From positions 212 through 64,211 of the forward strand of contig JAZOQH010000015.1 in the NCBI GenBank assembly GCA_045655965.1: a DNA stretch of 64,000 nt. The letters run 5' to 3'. The notes below the pieces were generated by a model that made no database searches, was not told the DNA's origin, and was given only the letters and a program-made list of their open reading frames with translations. The DNA is from Bacteroidales bacterium (GTDB lineage: Bacteria; Bacteroidota; Bacteroidia; Bacteroidales; F082). Of this stretch, positions 8,681 to 18,682 are shown piece after piece. The translations under genes and the position numbers were made by a program. Within the stretch, counting starts at the first letter, position 1; each line of letters starts with the position of its first letter.

Positions 8681-10240
8681 TTAGAGAGGGATATTACAAT
8701 GTTTCTTAGGAGGATTAGTATCTTTCTTAGTTTCTAAAGCATGTAATGCTCTGATTACGCGGAAACGAGTGTTACGTGGTTCGATAACATCGTCGATATA
8801 ACCGAATTTAGCAGCATCGTATGGGTTAGCGAATTTATCGCGGTAGTCTTGTTCTTTCTTAGCGACGAGTTCTGCGCGTTCTGCTGGATCGCTGATTGCT
8901 GCGATTTCTTTACCGTCGAGAACTTCAACAGCGCCTGAAGGACCCATAACAGCGATTTCTGCTGATGGCCATGCGTAGTTGATGTCAGCTCTAAGTTGTT
9001 TACAGCCCATAACCAAGTGTGAACCACCGTATGATTTACGTACTGTAACTGTAATCTTTGGAACTGTAGCTTCGCCGTATGCGAACAACATCTTAGCACC
9101 GTGAGAAATGATGCCGCCGTATTCTTGAACTGTACCAGGCAAGAAACCAGGAACGTCAACTAATGTAACGATAGGGATGTTGAAAGCGTCGCAGAAACGT
9201 ACGAAACGAGCGCCTTTACGTGATGCGTTGATGTCGAGAACACCTGCAAAATATGCTGGGTTGTTAGCTACGATACCAACTGGCATTCCATCGAGGTGAG
9301 CGAAACCAACGATTAAGTTTCTAGCGAAGTCTTTATGTACTTCCAAGAACTTGTTATCGTCAACGATAGAATGGATGATATGTTGCATATCGTAAGGTTT
9401 GTTAGGATTATCAGGGATAATCTCGTTCAATGAATCATCCTTACGATCGATTGGGTCGTCTGTTGGTTTGTATGGAGGTTCTTCCAAGTTGTTTTGTGGA
9501 AGGTAAGAAACGAGGTCTCTAATTAATTGGAGAGCTTCTTCTTCTGTTGGAGCCATGAATTGGCTAACACCTGATTTTTGGTTGTGTACGAGAGCACCAC
9601 CTAAATCTTCTGTACTTACGTCTTCACCTGTAACAGTCTTAACAACTTTTGGACCTGTGAGGAACATGTAACTATTTTGTTCTGTCATCAAGATAAAGTC
9701 GGTCAAAGCTGGTGAATAAACTGCACCACCTGCACAAGGACCGAAGATAGCTGAGATTTGAGGGATAACGCCAGAAGCGTCGATATTGCGTTGGAAGATT
9801 TCAGCATAACCTGCCAAACTTCTTGAACCTTCTTGGATACGAGCACCACCTGAGTCGCAGATACCGATAACAGGAGCACCAACTTTCATAGCTTGGTCCA
9901 TGACCTTGCATATTTTCTTTGACATTGTTTCTGACAATGAACCACCGAAAACTGTGAAGTCTTGAGCGTAAACGTAAACAACGCGGCCGTCGATTGTACC
10001 ATAACCTGTTACAACGCCGTCGCCGAGGTATTGTTGTTTTTCAAGACCGAAGTCTGTTGTACGATGAGTTAAGAACATGTCAAATTCTTCGAAGCTACCT
10101 TCGTCGAGCAACATATTGATGCGTTCACGAGCTGTGTATTTTCCTTTGGCATGTTGTGAATCGATACGCTTTTGACCGCCACCTAAGCGAGCCTCAGCGC
10201 GTTTGTCTAACAATTCTTGAATTTTTTGTTCAATTACCAT
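8681..10240 (-). CDS. mmdA: methylmalonyl-CoA decarboxylase alpha subunit (acyl-CoA carboxyltransferase family)
   Basis: 519-aa ORF. The N-terminus LGGGQKRIDSQHAKGKYTARERINMLLDEGSFEEFD and the segments DSGGARIQEG and FGGSYVM-like KSYGGSHLVMG are typical of propionyl-CoA carboxylase beta / MmdA proteins. Confidence 0.92.
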   Translation of the reverse strand: MVIEQKIQELLDKRAEARLGGGQKRIDSQHAKGKYTARERINMLLDEGSFEEFDMFLTHRTTDFGLEKQQYLGDGVVTGYGTIDGRVVYVYAQDFTVFGGSLSETMSKKICKVMDQAMKVGAPVIGICDSGGARIQEGSRSLAGYAEIFQRNIDASGVIPQISAIFGPCAGGAVYSPALTDFILMTEQNSYMFLTGPKVVKTVTGEDVSTEDLGGALVHNQKSGVSQFMAPTEEEALQLIRDLVSYLPQNNLEEPPYKPTDDPIDRKDDSLNEIIPDNPNKPYDMQHIIHSIVDDNKFLEVHKDFARNLIVGFAHLDGMPVGIVANNPAYFAGVLDINASRKGARFVRFCDAFNIPIVTLVDVPGFLPGTVQEYGGIISHGAKMLFAYGEATVPKITVTVRKSYGGSHLVMGCKQLRADINYAWPSAEIAVMGPSGAVEVLDGKEIAAISDPAERAELVAKKEQDYRDKFANPYDAAKFGYIDDVIEPRNTRFRVIRALHALETKKDTNPPKKHCNIPL

Positions 10241-10269
10241 AATATTAGGAATTTAATTGATTACTATTA

Positions 10270-10686
10270 TTATTTGTTTTTATCTTCACAAAGTTCTGTC
10301 AAAACACCGCATGTTGATTTTGGGTGTAAGAAAGCAATGCTCAAACCTTCTGCGCCACCACGTGGAGCCTTGTCGATGAGACGGATGCCAGCAGCTTCTG
10401 CATCTGCGAGTTGACCTTCGAGGTTTTCAACTGCGAAAGCGATGTGGTGCATGCCACCTTTGCCACCGTTCTTTTCAATGAATGAAGCGATTGTGCTTTC
10501 TGGTGATGTTGGTTCCAATAATTCGATCTTGGTTTGACCTATTTTGAAAAATGCAGTCTTAACTTTTTGATCTACAACTTCTTCAATGTTATAACATTTT
10601 GTTCCGAGAAGTGTTTCAAAGAATGGAATAGACTCTTCTAAGCTTGTTACAGCTATTCCAATGTGTTCAATATGAGTTGGATTCAT
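10270..10686 (-). CDS. mce: methylmalonyl-CoA epimerase (VOC/glyoxalase fold)
   Basis: 138-aa ORF with IEHIGIAV...FFKIGQTKIELLEP...GGMHHIAF, and first in the mmd operon. Confidence 0.88.
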   Translation of the reverse strand: MNPTHIEHIGIAVTSLEESIPFFETLLGTKCYNIEEVVDQKVKTAFFKIGQTKIELLEPTSPESTIASFIEKNGGKGGMHHIAFAVENLEGQLADAEAAGIRLIDKAPRGGAEGLSIAFLHPKSTCGVLTELCEDKNK

Positions 10687-10725
10687 AATAACTTATTTTT
10701 TAAAATTTGTATTCGAACTAGGGCA

Positions 10726-10733
10726 CAAATATA
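10726..10733 (-). promoter_or_regulatory. -7 box TATATTTG (minus strand) upstream of the mce-mmd operon
   Basis: The + strand reads caaatata, 39 nt before the mce ATG. Confidence 0.4.
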
Positions 10734-10743
10734 ATTCTTTTTT

Positions 10744-10788
10744 TAGAAACTCAAAACATAAGAATCTCAAAAAATTCAGATTTTTTTT
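10744..10788. repeat. 8-nt degenerate array (aaactcaa/aatctcaa/aattcaga)
   Basis: Seen directly, downstream of the M6 protease gene and its terminator. Confidence 0.6.
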
Positions 10789-10816
10789 GCTATTTTTTAA
10801 TCATTCATTAGAAAAC

Positions 10817-10850
10817 AAAAAAGACGTCACATAAATATGCAACGTCTTTT
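10817..10850 (-). terminator. rho-independent terminator of the M6 protease gene
   Basis: aaaagacgt / acgtctttt stem with a T-run on the minus strand. Confidence 0.7.
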
Positions 10851-10883
10851 CATATCAGACATCTTATTATGGTCTAAAAGAAT

Positions 10884-13800
10884 TTACTGTACAATGATTT
10901 TTTCTGTTACGACATTAGTTTTTGTTGTCAGCTGTAAGATATATGTACCGCTTTCATATGGACGCATGTCTATTACAAAATTATCGCCACTTGCATCCTG
11001 ACTGAAGAGAACTGCTCCTGTGATATTTATAACTTTCACATTCAAAACATCTTTAACAGCCACAGTGAGGTAATCTTTTACTGGATTAGGGAATATCAAA
11101 TCCTTCTTCAATCCTTCCGTTGGCACATTTACGCAAAGTGTATCAGATTGAGAAATTGACTTTCCGTTCAGGAGCGCTTCAACTTTGTAACATACATCTC
11201 CTTCTGCATCATTGTCAGTATATGTCAAATCTGACAATCCAGAAATGAGCAGGTTGTCATTTTTATACAAATTGTAAGTCATTGATGACAAATCTTCTTC
11301 ATTTGTTGTATATGCTCTCAACATCCATGAGTATTCCATACCATATTCCAATGCTGGCACCCATTTGCTACCAGCCTTAATCATAGCGCTATTAGGATCG
11401 CCAACATATTGGCAGCATGGCACAGAAGGCGTTGATGCTCCTGTTGACTTTGCAACTATCCATAAATCTTTGTCAGGATTGAATGGCAACTTGCCCAATT
11501 CAAATCTCACAAAACCATTAGTATTATATGTCTCGAACGATTCATTGAAAATCATGACACTATCGTGGACTTTCTCGCCATTATATATTTTAAATGTGTA
11601 AGTAGCTTCACAGGCGTCGTACATCTCCAAATGAGACAACTTTGAGATGCTATCATCCAACATCAATTCTGATGGTATTATTATAGCCCAATTATATGTG
11701 TTAGAGCCAATATTTTCAACATATTCTCCATCATCATATCTAAATAATCCTTTTGATTCAGGCGCATCCCAATCAATCTTCACCGATTTCTCCACAACAG
11801 AAGCTGCAGCCTGTAAGGTGTCATAATAATTTTTCATCACAGAAACGCGATATTCACCAGAAGGCAATGAAGCACATCCATCATTTACGCTCTTCACCGT
11901 GTATACATAAACGCCAGACATAGGCATTTCATCATCTACATAATTGAAATCAACGATATTCTCTGCTATAACCTCACCATTACGCAGCACTGTAAACATA
12001 TCAACTTCAGCCATAACTCTCCATGAAAGTTCGACCTTGCCATCATTAACAACAGCTACTAAATCAATAGGTTTGAAGCTTGAGTTTTCACCTGTAGCGA
12101 TTATCTCTGTCAAGACACCTTCATTCAATTCTGAAGAAGCATACACTTCCACTTCATCATTCTTCACAACGAAAGAACATTCAGAATCATCCCAACCCGG
12201 GACCCATTCCAATGTAGCTTTAACGCCTTCTGGAACCATGATTGTTTTCTTGACATCATCAGGTGAGTACATAGTGAAATACATTTCATCCATTCCGTTA
12301 TCGAAAGTAACCTTGACCTCTGCACCTTGCCATCCATGATTGTTATCGGCATACATCTCAATAGTATATTCAGAATAGTTTCCTGTAACAACACTTTCTA
12401 TATTAGTACGATACGACTCTTCATTTCCATCTTGTGCAGTCACATAATATTCATGATAACCTTTGTCGAAAGATTCATATTCATCATTGAAATAATTTTC
12501 TTCAACTTGAGCCACTATCACATCATCACGGTAAACGTTATAGTATTGAGCGTTTTCCGAAGCATCCCATCTCAATTCCACCACACCATCTTTGCCATTA
12601 ACGTTAGCCACGAGATTATTAGGATCCAAATCAGTCTCAAGAGGACGATATGTGAAAGTAATCTGGTCACCCATCAAAGAGATGTCAGTAATATTAAATT
12701 CCAAGTCCATAGTGTTTTTATTCAAAAATGGATAAGGATTGGTTTCGTAGTTGAACGACACTTTACCTAGATCTTTGCTGAAAGCAGCCGCATTGATTGT
12801 TCCATCATTGTTATGCGAGCCACCTGGGCGGAAGATATACACCTCATCTAACACGTCATTTCCATTATGATCGGCGCATCCGCGGAAACGTGTATCGATT
12901 CTGTAAATCAACAAACCGCCTGTCGGCAATCCTCTCTCAAACATATTAGACTTATTTCTATACTCGACGAGATAAAACTGATCAGGATGAGAGCTTGGCA
13001 TTTTATAACAGTTTCTTCTTCCACCTTCCCATGAGTTAGCCTCGAGAGTGTAAGTGCCATATCCTATTTCAGGAATCTCTTCAATCCATGTTCCGTATTC
13101 ATATTTCATGTAAGTTCCTGAATGTTGAGGTGGCTGAGAGTTGCTGCACATCAAATCCCAAGGACCTGTTGGAGAGAGATGATCTGAAACAGAATTGTAG
13201 TGATACAAGTCAGGGAATCCCAATGAGTGAGACATCTCGTGACATAATGTTGACACTGAGAAATAACTTGATGTCTCGAGTTGGAAGTTGAATGTACCGA
13301 CTCTCTTGCCGTTGATGTAAGCCTCTTCGCCATACATCGACCACATATGAGGCCAGAGCAAGTCGCTCCAGTCACCCACATTGCCTTTCACGACGAAAAT
13401 CACGTTGTCGATAAAGCCATCGTTATTACGGTCGATATCCAAATCAGCAGGAACCTGGTCGGCGACAAATTCCACAGCTCTTTTCAAGAGAGGGAACTCA
13501 CGTTCTGCCTGACTAGTATAACCTTCAGGATTTGTTGTAGGGTTATATGGCTGATAGTAATTTCTTGGATAAATGTCTTCATAAGCGAGCACCCTGTCGC
13601 CATCAGCTATAGGATAGCAGTATGACTTCATCGACAATTGGTTATATGTAGCTTTCTTGAAATAGTTATTCATAGAAATATCATAATAACCGTCATAGTT
13701 AAACATAGAGTCGATTTCTGTCTGAGTTGTCTTAAATTCGCCATCGCCTTTGAATTTGATGAAGATAACCAAGTTGTTATACACGCCATGGTTAAGGTTT

Positions 13801-14165
13801 TTAGCGTCTTTAACTTCTGGCACTTCCATCATCTTTCTTCTTTTCTGATATTCTTCTTGAGAAATCATGACGTTAGGTTTGAGTCCCAATGATTTAGGAT
13901 CCACTTTTCCAGCGACATATGTCGTTGCTGTCACACTTCCTCTGCTGTCGGCAGCAGCATATACAAAGTAACCGTTCTCAGCTTGAACGATTGTAAATCC
14001 TTCAGCGTCATGAAGACGGCTGTAGAATTCATCGCCTGATGCGAAGCAATACAATTTTGTTCCATCGGGCTGTGTCAAAACCTTCTCTACATTTTGAAAA
14101 GGAGCTGCAAAAACAGCAGTCACACAGAACAACATTATTGCTATTAGTAATGATTTTATTCTCAT
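10884..14165 (-). CDS. M6-family (immune inhibitor A-like) metalloprotease with FN3-like repeats and T9SS CTD
   Basis: Zinc motif HEMSHSLGFPDLY. There are several Ig/FN3-like repeats (…VELRWDASENAQYYNVYRD…) and the CTD LIFPNPVKDYLTV…SGTYILQLTT…KIIVQ. The longest ORF starts at a TTG (14189) inside a repeat array, so I prefer the ATG at 14165 (MRIKSLLIAIMLF…). Confidence 0.85.
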   Translation of the reverse strand: MRIKSLLIAIMLFCVTAVFAAPFQNVEKVLTQPDGTKLYCFASGDEFYSRLHDAEGFTIVQAENGYFVYAAADSRGSVTATTYVAGKVDPKSLGLKPNVMISQEEYQKRRKMMEVPEVKDAKNLNHGVYNNLVIFIKFKGDGEFKTTQTEIDSMFNYDGYYDISMNNYFKKATYNQLSMKSYCYPIADGDRVLAYEDIYPRNYYQPYNPTTNPEGYTSQAEREFPLLKRAVEFVADQVPADLDIDRNNDGFIDNVIFVVKGNVGDWSDLLWPHMWSMYGEEAYINGKRVGTFNFQLETSSYFSVSTLCHEMSHSLGFPDLYHYNSVSDHLSPTGPWDLMCSNSQPPQHSGTYMKYEYGTWIEEIPEIGYGTYTLEANSWEGGRRNCYKMPSSHPDQFYLVEYRNKSNMFERGLPTGGLLIYRIDTRFRGCADHNGNDVLDEVYIFRPGGSHNNDGTINAAAFSKDLGKVSFNYETNPYPFLNKNTMDLEFNITDISLMGDQITFTYRPLETDLDPNNLVANVNGKDGVVELRWDASENAQYYNVYRDDVIVAQVEENYFNDEYESFDKGYHEYYVTAQDGNEESYRTNIESVVTGNYSEYTIEMYADNNHGWQGAEVKVTFDNGMDEMYFTMYSPDDVKKTIMVPEGVKATLEWVPGWDDSECSFVVKNDEVEVYASSELNEGVLTEIIATGENSSFKPIDLVAVVNDGKVELSWRVMAEVDMFTVLRNGEVIAENIVDFNYVDDEMPMSGVYVYTVKSVNDGCASLPSGEYRVSVMKNYYDTLQAAASVVEKSVKIDWDAPESKGLFRYDDGEYVENIGSNTYNWAIIIPSELMLDDSISKLSHLEMYDACEATYTFKIYNGEKVHDSVMIFNESFETYNTNGFVRFELGKLPFNPDKDLWIVAKSTGASTPSVPCCQYVGDPNSAMIKAGSKWVPALEYGMEYSWMLRAYTTNEEDLSSMTYNLYKNDNLLISGLSDLTYTDNDAEGDVCYKVEALLNGKSISQSDTLCVNVPTEGLKKDLIFPNPVKDYLTVAVKDVLNVKVINITGAVLFSQDASGDNFVIDMRPYESGTYILQLTTKTNVVTEKIIVQ

Positions 14166-14177
14166 AGTTTGTGGTTT

Positions 14178-14212
14178 ATTAATTTTCAATTTTCAACTTT
14201 CAATTTCATCTT
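14178..14212. repeat. array ttcaattt/tcaacttt spanning the rsmI stop codon
   Basis: ttaattttcaattttcaactttcaatttcatc. The last codons of rsmI (…EIES*) are encoded by it. Confidence 0.85.
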
Positions 14213-14894
14213 TCGGCTTCTCACCATCCGAGCCTTCAAGCACCATCACTATCTCGCCTTTCACTTCTTTTTTGCTGAAATATTCAAGTACTTCAGCAAG
14301 TGTACCTCTCGCGTTTTCTTCGTACATTTTAGTAAGCTCGCGAGCCACTGACACGCGACGGTCGGGACCGCACACTTCTATCAGCTGCTGCAACGTCTTC
14401 ACGAGGCGAAATGGTGATTCGTAAAGTATTGTAGTATAATGGTTATTAGCTATTTCATTAAGCTTAGTCTGTCTTCCTTTTTTATGAGGGAGGAATCCTT
14501 CAAAAATAAAGTGGTCGGCAGAGAGTCCAGAGTTGACGAGAGCCGGGACGAAGGCGGTAGCGCCTGGGAGGCATTCCACTTCCACGCCGAGTCTGATACA
14601 TTCGCGCACCAGGAGAAATCCCGGGTCTGAAATCGCAGGTGTGCCGGCGTCTGTCACCAGAGCCATCTTCTCGCCTGCCAAGATACGTTCAGCGAAGCTT
14701 CTCACCACCTTATGTTCATTATTGATATGAAAAGCCGACATCGGTTTGCTTATGTTATAATGTCTCAGCAAGTTACCGCTAGTGCGGGTATCTTCAGCCA
14801 AGATAACATCCACCTCATCGCGCAAGACACGCAAAGCTCTCAGAGTGATATCTTCAAGGTTACCTATCGGTGTCGGTACTAAATATAATTTCAT
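14193..14894 (-). CDS. rsmI: 16S rRNA (cytidine1402-2'-O)-methyltransferase
   Basis: 233 aa. MKLYLVPTPIGNLEDITLRAL…ILAEDTR…TDAGTPAISDPG is the tetrapyrrole-methylase-fold RsmI signature. Confidence 0.9.
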   Translation of the reverse strand: MKLYLVPTPIGNLEDITLRALRVLRDEVDVILAEDTRTSGNLLRHYNISKPMSAFHINNEHKVVRSFAERILAGEKMALVTDAGTPAISDPGFLLVRECIRLGVEVECLPGATAFVPALVNSGLSADHFIFEGFLPHKKGRQTKLNEIANNHYTTILYESPFRLVKTLQQLIEVCGPDRRVSVARELTKMYEENARGTLAEVLEYFSKKEVKGEIVMVLEGSDGEKPKDEIES

Positions 14895-14947
14895 TGTATT
14901 TCAATTTCGTAATTCACATTAACTATTCAGTTCAAGCATTATGCATT

Positions 14948-15889
14948 TTAATTATGAACTGACATAAATCTTCTTTCTACCAAATCATCAAGTTTCTTAT
15001 AAGCGTCAGACTCGCAATCCCATTGGAATTCAATCTGCAATTCGCTCATATAAGTCTTGGCTCCCAGCAATGTAGAGAAATTATTCAAGGATCTTATCGA
15101 CTTATTGTATTTCTCCATGCTTCCGCCAAACAATTCATTAAGCAATAAAAACTTATCATTGATGCCTATTGCTGTTGCGAGGTCAGCCACAGGTTTTCTC
15201 TGAAGGCGAGCAGCGAGACTGATGTCAGCAGCAGATTCCAACTTATCACCAAGAGTCTGCGCATCTATGGTATAGACCTTCTTATAAGCCCTGATACCTG
15301 AATCCTCTTCTTCCTCAGAAACAGAATCTTCATGCTCCTCCTCTGAAACAGAACTCTCGAGCTCTTCTTCCTCTTCAACCTCTATTTCCTCTTCTTCCTC
15401 TATTTCCTCTTCAACCTCTGCTCCCTCAAAGTCATCTTCCTCCTCTTCTTCCTCAAGAGCATCTTCTATATCATCTTCAAAATCTGTTTCAAATTCTTCG
15501 TATTCCTCCTCTATTTCAGAATCTTCAAATTCTTCCTCTTCTTCCACTACGTCCTCAAAATCCTCTTCATCTTCTATTTCTTCCTCATCCTCAAATCCAA
15601 CTATTTCCTCTTCATCCTCTTTATCCTCTAGCGTCTCTACCACCTTTATTTCCTCTAGTTCCTCTTCACCCTCTTCCACTTCCATCGGAATAGAATCTAC
15701 ATCCATATTGCATTTCACTGAGCACAATGCATCGTAAAGTTTACGAGTATTTTCCATCAAAAGGTCAACATCAAGTTGGTTCATCAACTTATTGTTTCTA
15801 ATCAAGAAGTTAACTTGATTAGACATCTTATTCAGGATTCCATCTATCTGGAAAATTACACTATTTTGATCGTTATTTTTCTGTTGCAT
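14948..15889 (-). CDS. hypothetical protein with an extremely acidic central region
   Basis: 313-aa ORF with ordinary N- and C-terminal parts flanking about 130 residues that are almost only E/D/I/V/F. The frame stays open through a pyrimidine-rich repeat tract on the + strand. Confidence 0.6.
   Translation of the reverse strand: MQQKNNDQNSVIFQIDGILNKMSNQVNFLIRNNKLMNQLDVDLLMENTRKLYDALCSVKCNMDVDSIPMEVEEGEEELEEIKVVETLEDKEDEEEIVGFEDEEEIEDEEDFEDVVEEEEEFEDSEIEEEYEEFETDFEDDIEDALEEEEEEDDFEGAEVEEEIEEEEEIEVEEEEELESSVSEEEHEDSVSEEEEDSGIRAYKKVYTIDAQTLGDKLESAADISLAARLQRKPVADLATAIGINDKFLLLNELFGGSMEKYNKSIRSLNNFSTLLGAKTYMSELQIEFQWDCESDAYKKLDDLVERRFMSVHN
15303..15685. repeat. long low-complexity tract of (t)tcctc/ttcttc/ctattt words inside CDS 14948..15889
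   Basis: Pyrimidine-rich on the + strand and translated as the poly-E/D region. It contains cctctagcgtctctacc, the same gcgtctctac end motif as the palindromic element family. Confidence 0.7.
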
Positions 15890-15994
15890 ATTAAATATTT
15901 TTTAACTTTGCTCGGCAGAACAAAAATATAAATTTTTTGGATTAAAACGAACAGTTTCATTAAAATCTTACGAATAATTTTTAAATTTAATTAT

Positions 15995-17407
15995 ATGAAA
16001 AAACATTTACTTTCATTGTTATCTATTTTATTGATGACATTTGCTTTACAAGCACAAGACACAACTGAAAATGCAAATAAAAACAAGAAAGAAAAGATCT
16101 ATAATGAAAAAGGCGAACTCATCAAGAAAGGATGGAATTTCGGTCCGCTTCCAGTAGTAGGTTTCAACTCCGACCTCGGTTTCCAATATGGTGCATGCGT
16201 TGACATCTTCAATTACGGCGACGGCTCTCGTTATCCAAAGTTCGACTATAAGATGAACCTCGAAGTTTCAGCCTATACAAAAGGTTCTCTCAACTTACGT
16301 TTCTATGGTGATTATTACAACCTCATTCCTAATTCACGCCTTTTCGTTGACGCTGGATATTTCACCGACAAACGCTTCGAATTCTACGGTTTCAACGGAT
16401 ATGCATCTCCATACTATAACGATTTGTATGTGTTAAACCAACAGCCATTTGAAAGTTTCGATCCAGACTTCAACAGCATATTTTACAGAATGGACCGCAA
16501 ACAATTCAGATTCAACTCATGCTTACGCAGCAAATTCGGTTTCGGCGAACATTTCTATTATGGCGTAGGTCTCAGTTATTTCAACTATAATATGGGAAGA
16601 ATCAACATCCAAAACGAAGAATATTTATACGATCAACAAATGACATTGTTTGAATTATATCGCGAAAGCGGTCTCATCAGACCTAACGAAGCTGACGGCG
16701 GCAATGTAACACAATTGAAACTCGCTTTCATCTACGACTCCAAAAACCATGACAGCGACCCTACCAAAGGTGCATATTTTGAAGCAACAGTAACAGCTGC
16801 TCCAGACCTCATCGACGGCGACGGTTACAGCCACGCCACTTTCAACGCTGTATGGCAACAATATATTCCTGTCGTAAAGGAAAATCTTACATTTGCTTAT
16901 CGTCTTGTCACTCAAAACGTAATTGCTGGTGAGATTCCTTATTACGCAATGTTTAACTCAAACATGTTGTTCTATAAAAAAATGTCGACAGACGCTATGG
17001 GTGGTGCCAACTCAGTACGCGGCATCAACAGAAACAGAGTCATCGGCGCTGGTTATGCATGGCTCAACGCAGAACTTCGCTGGAAAGTTGCAGGTTTCCA
17101 ATTCATCAACCAAAACTGGAATATCGCTCTTAACCCATTCTTTGACGCTGGTATGGTTACACAAAGCTATCGTCTTGAAGAACAAAAAACAGCATGGGAA
17201 ACTATTGAAAACAAATACAATATCTCAGGCTACGAAGAAAACCTCATCTACAGCGGTGAAAAAGAAGGTCTTCACACTTCTGCAGGTTGCGGTTTGAAAC
17301 TCATTATGAACAGAAACTTCATCGTCTCAGCAGAAGCAGCTAAGTCTCTCGATGCAAGAGACGGAAAAGGCATGAAAGTCTATATCGGATTTAATTACCT
17401 GTTTTAA
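15995..17407 (+). CDS. Omp85/BamA-family outer-membrane beta-barrel protein (barrel only)
   Basis: Signal peptide MKKHLLSLLSILLMTFALQAQ and alternating beta-strand pattern. It has SVRGINRNRVIGAGYAWLNAELRWKV and a terminal aromatic residue (…YIGFNYLF). Confidence 0.65.
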   Translation: MKKHLLSLLSILLMTFALQAQDTTENANKNKKEKIYNEKGELIKKGWNFGPLPVVGFNSDLGFQYGACVDIFNYGDGSRYPKFDYKMNLEVSAYTKGSLNLRFYGDYYNLIPNSRLFVDAGYFTDKRFEFYGFNGYASPYYNDLYVLNQQPFESFDPDFNSIFYRMDRKQFRFNSCLRSKFGFGEHFYYGVGLSYFNYNMGRINIQNEEYLYDQQMTLFELYRESGLIRPNEADGGNVTQLKLAFIYDSKNHDSDPTKGAYFEATVTAAPDLIDGDGYSHATFNAVWQQYIPVVKENLTFAYRLVTQNVIAGEIPYYAMFNSNMLFYKKMSTDAMGGANSVRGINRNRVIGAGYAWLNAELRWKVAGFQFINQNWNIALNPFFDAGMVTQSYRLEEQKTAWETIENKYNISGYEENLIYSGEKEGLHTSAGCGLKLIMNRNFIVSAEAAKSLDARDGKGMKVYIGFNYLF

Positions 17408-17508
17408 TGACTAAAGACTAAAGGCAAAAGGCTAAAGGCAAAAGACAAAAGATAAAAGATAAGATAAAAGAACTTTAGTCATTAGTCTTTAGACTTTAGT
17501 CATTAAAG
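17408..17508. repeat. inverted 7-nt arrays (gactaaa/ggcaaaa… vs ctttagtc…) forming a long imperfect hairpin
   Basis: tgactaaagactaaagg…aaaagataaaagaa…ctttagtcattagtctttagactttagtca. Confidence 0.9.
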
Positions 17509-17558
17509 ATTTTGAACAAAATTAACGTTTTATTCATTATACTTAAAATTTGAATTAT

Positions 17559-18617
17559 ATGAAAACATTGAAAAGATTAACTCTCATGATGGTTGCATTA
17601 TTGGTTTCAGCAACCATTGCTTTTGCACAGAAACCTAACATTCGTATTCTTGCAACAGGCGGCACTATTGCTGGCACCGGCGGTTCTTCAACAGCAACAA
17701 ACTACACAGCTGGCCAAATGGCTATCGCTACATTACTCGAAGCTGTTCCTGAATTACAAGACATCGCCAACTGCGAAGGCGAACAAGTGGTACGTATCGG
17801 TTCACAAGACATGAGCGACGAAGTATGGCTCATCTTGGCAAAGAGAATCAACGAATTGTTACAAGACCCTAATGTTGACGGCATCGTCATCACTCACGGC
17901 ACCGACACTATGGAAGAGACAGCTTATTTCTTGAACCTTACCGTCAACAGCGACAAACCTGTCGTAATGGTAGGTGCAATGCGTCCTTCAACAGCTATCA
18001 GCGCTGATGGTCCTCGTAACCTCTACAACGCTGTCGTGACAGCTGCCGCTCCTGAGTCAAAAGGCAAAGGCGTCCTCGTTGTTATGAACGACAACATCCT
18101 CGGCGCAGAAAGCGTTACAAAAATGCACACAACAAGCGTTCAGACATTCCAAGCTCCTAACGCTGGCGCTCTCGGCTACGTATTCAATAGCAAGGTTTTC
18201 TATAACCAAGAACCTTTAAAGAAACACACAACAGAATCTGTTTTCGACGTAACTAACTTAAACGAATTGCCAAAGGTAGGTATCGTTTACAGCCATGCTG
18301 GCGTTAACGCTGATATGGTTGAACCAATGTTGAAAAATGACTACCAAGGCATCATCCATGCTGGCGTCGGTAATGGCAACATCCACAAAGATGTTTTCCC
18401 AGTATTGGAAAAAGCACGTAAAAAAGGTATCCAAGTCGTTCGCTCATCACGCGTTCCAACAGGACCAAGCACACTCGACAACGAAGTCGATGACGCTCAC
18501 TATCAATTCGTAGCTTCACAACAACTCAACCCACAAAAGGCTCGTATCTTGTTGATGCTCGCTTTGACAAAAACTAACGACTGGCAACAAATCCAAGAAT
18601 ACTTTAATCAATATTAA
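17559..18617 (+). CDS. ansB: periplasmic L-asparaginase type II
   Basis: Signal peptide, then ILATGGTIAG, HGTDTMEETA and the overall AnsB layout. I prefer the ATG at 17559 over the TTG at 17550. Confidence 0.92.
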   Translation: MKTLKRLTLMMVALLVSATIAFAQKPNIRILATGGTIAGTGGSSTATNYTAGQMAIATLLEAVPELQDIANCEGEQVVRIGSQDMSDEVWLILAKRINELLQDPNVDGIVITHGTDTMEETAYFLNLTVNSDKPVVMVGAMRPSTAISADGPRNLYNAVVTAAAPESKGKGVLVVMNDNILGAESVTKMHTTSVQTFQAPNAGALGYVFNSKVFYNQEPLKKHTTESVFDVTNLNELPKVGIVYSHAGVNADMVEPMLKNDYQGIIHAGVGNGNIHKDVFPVLEKARKKGIQVVRSSRVPTGPSTLDNEVDDAHYQFVASQQLNPQKARILLMLALTKTNDWQQIQEYFNQY

Positions 18618-18626
18618 TAAGTCACA

Positions 18627-18668
18627 AAGACACAGAGTCGCAGAGTACGCTTTGGGTCTCTGTGTCTT
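18627..18668 (+). terminator. hairpin after ansB (11-bp stem aagacacagag/ctctgtgtctt), no clear U-tract
   Basis: Stem seen directly. It is followed by an A-run, not a T-run, so terminator function is uncertain. Confidence 0.4.
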
Positions 18669-18682
18669 AAAAAATCAACATT

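Noticed and set aside
18627-18668. Hairpin after ansB as a regulatory attenuator for the downstream porin.
   Set aside because: It is built from the same array words as other 3' flanks and lacks alternative pairing partners or a leader peptide. It is treated as part of the repeat phenomenon.
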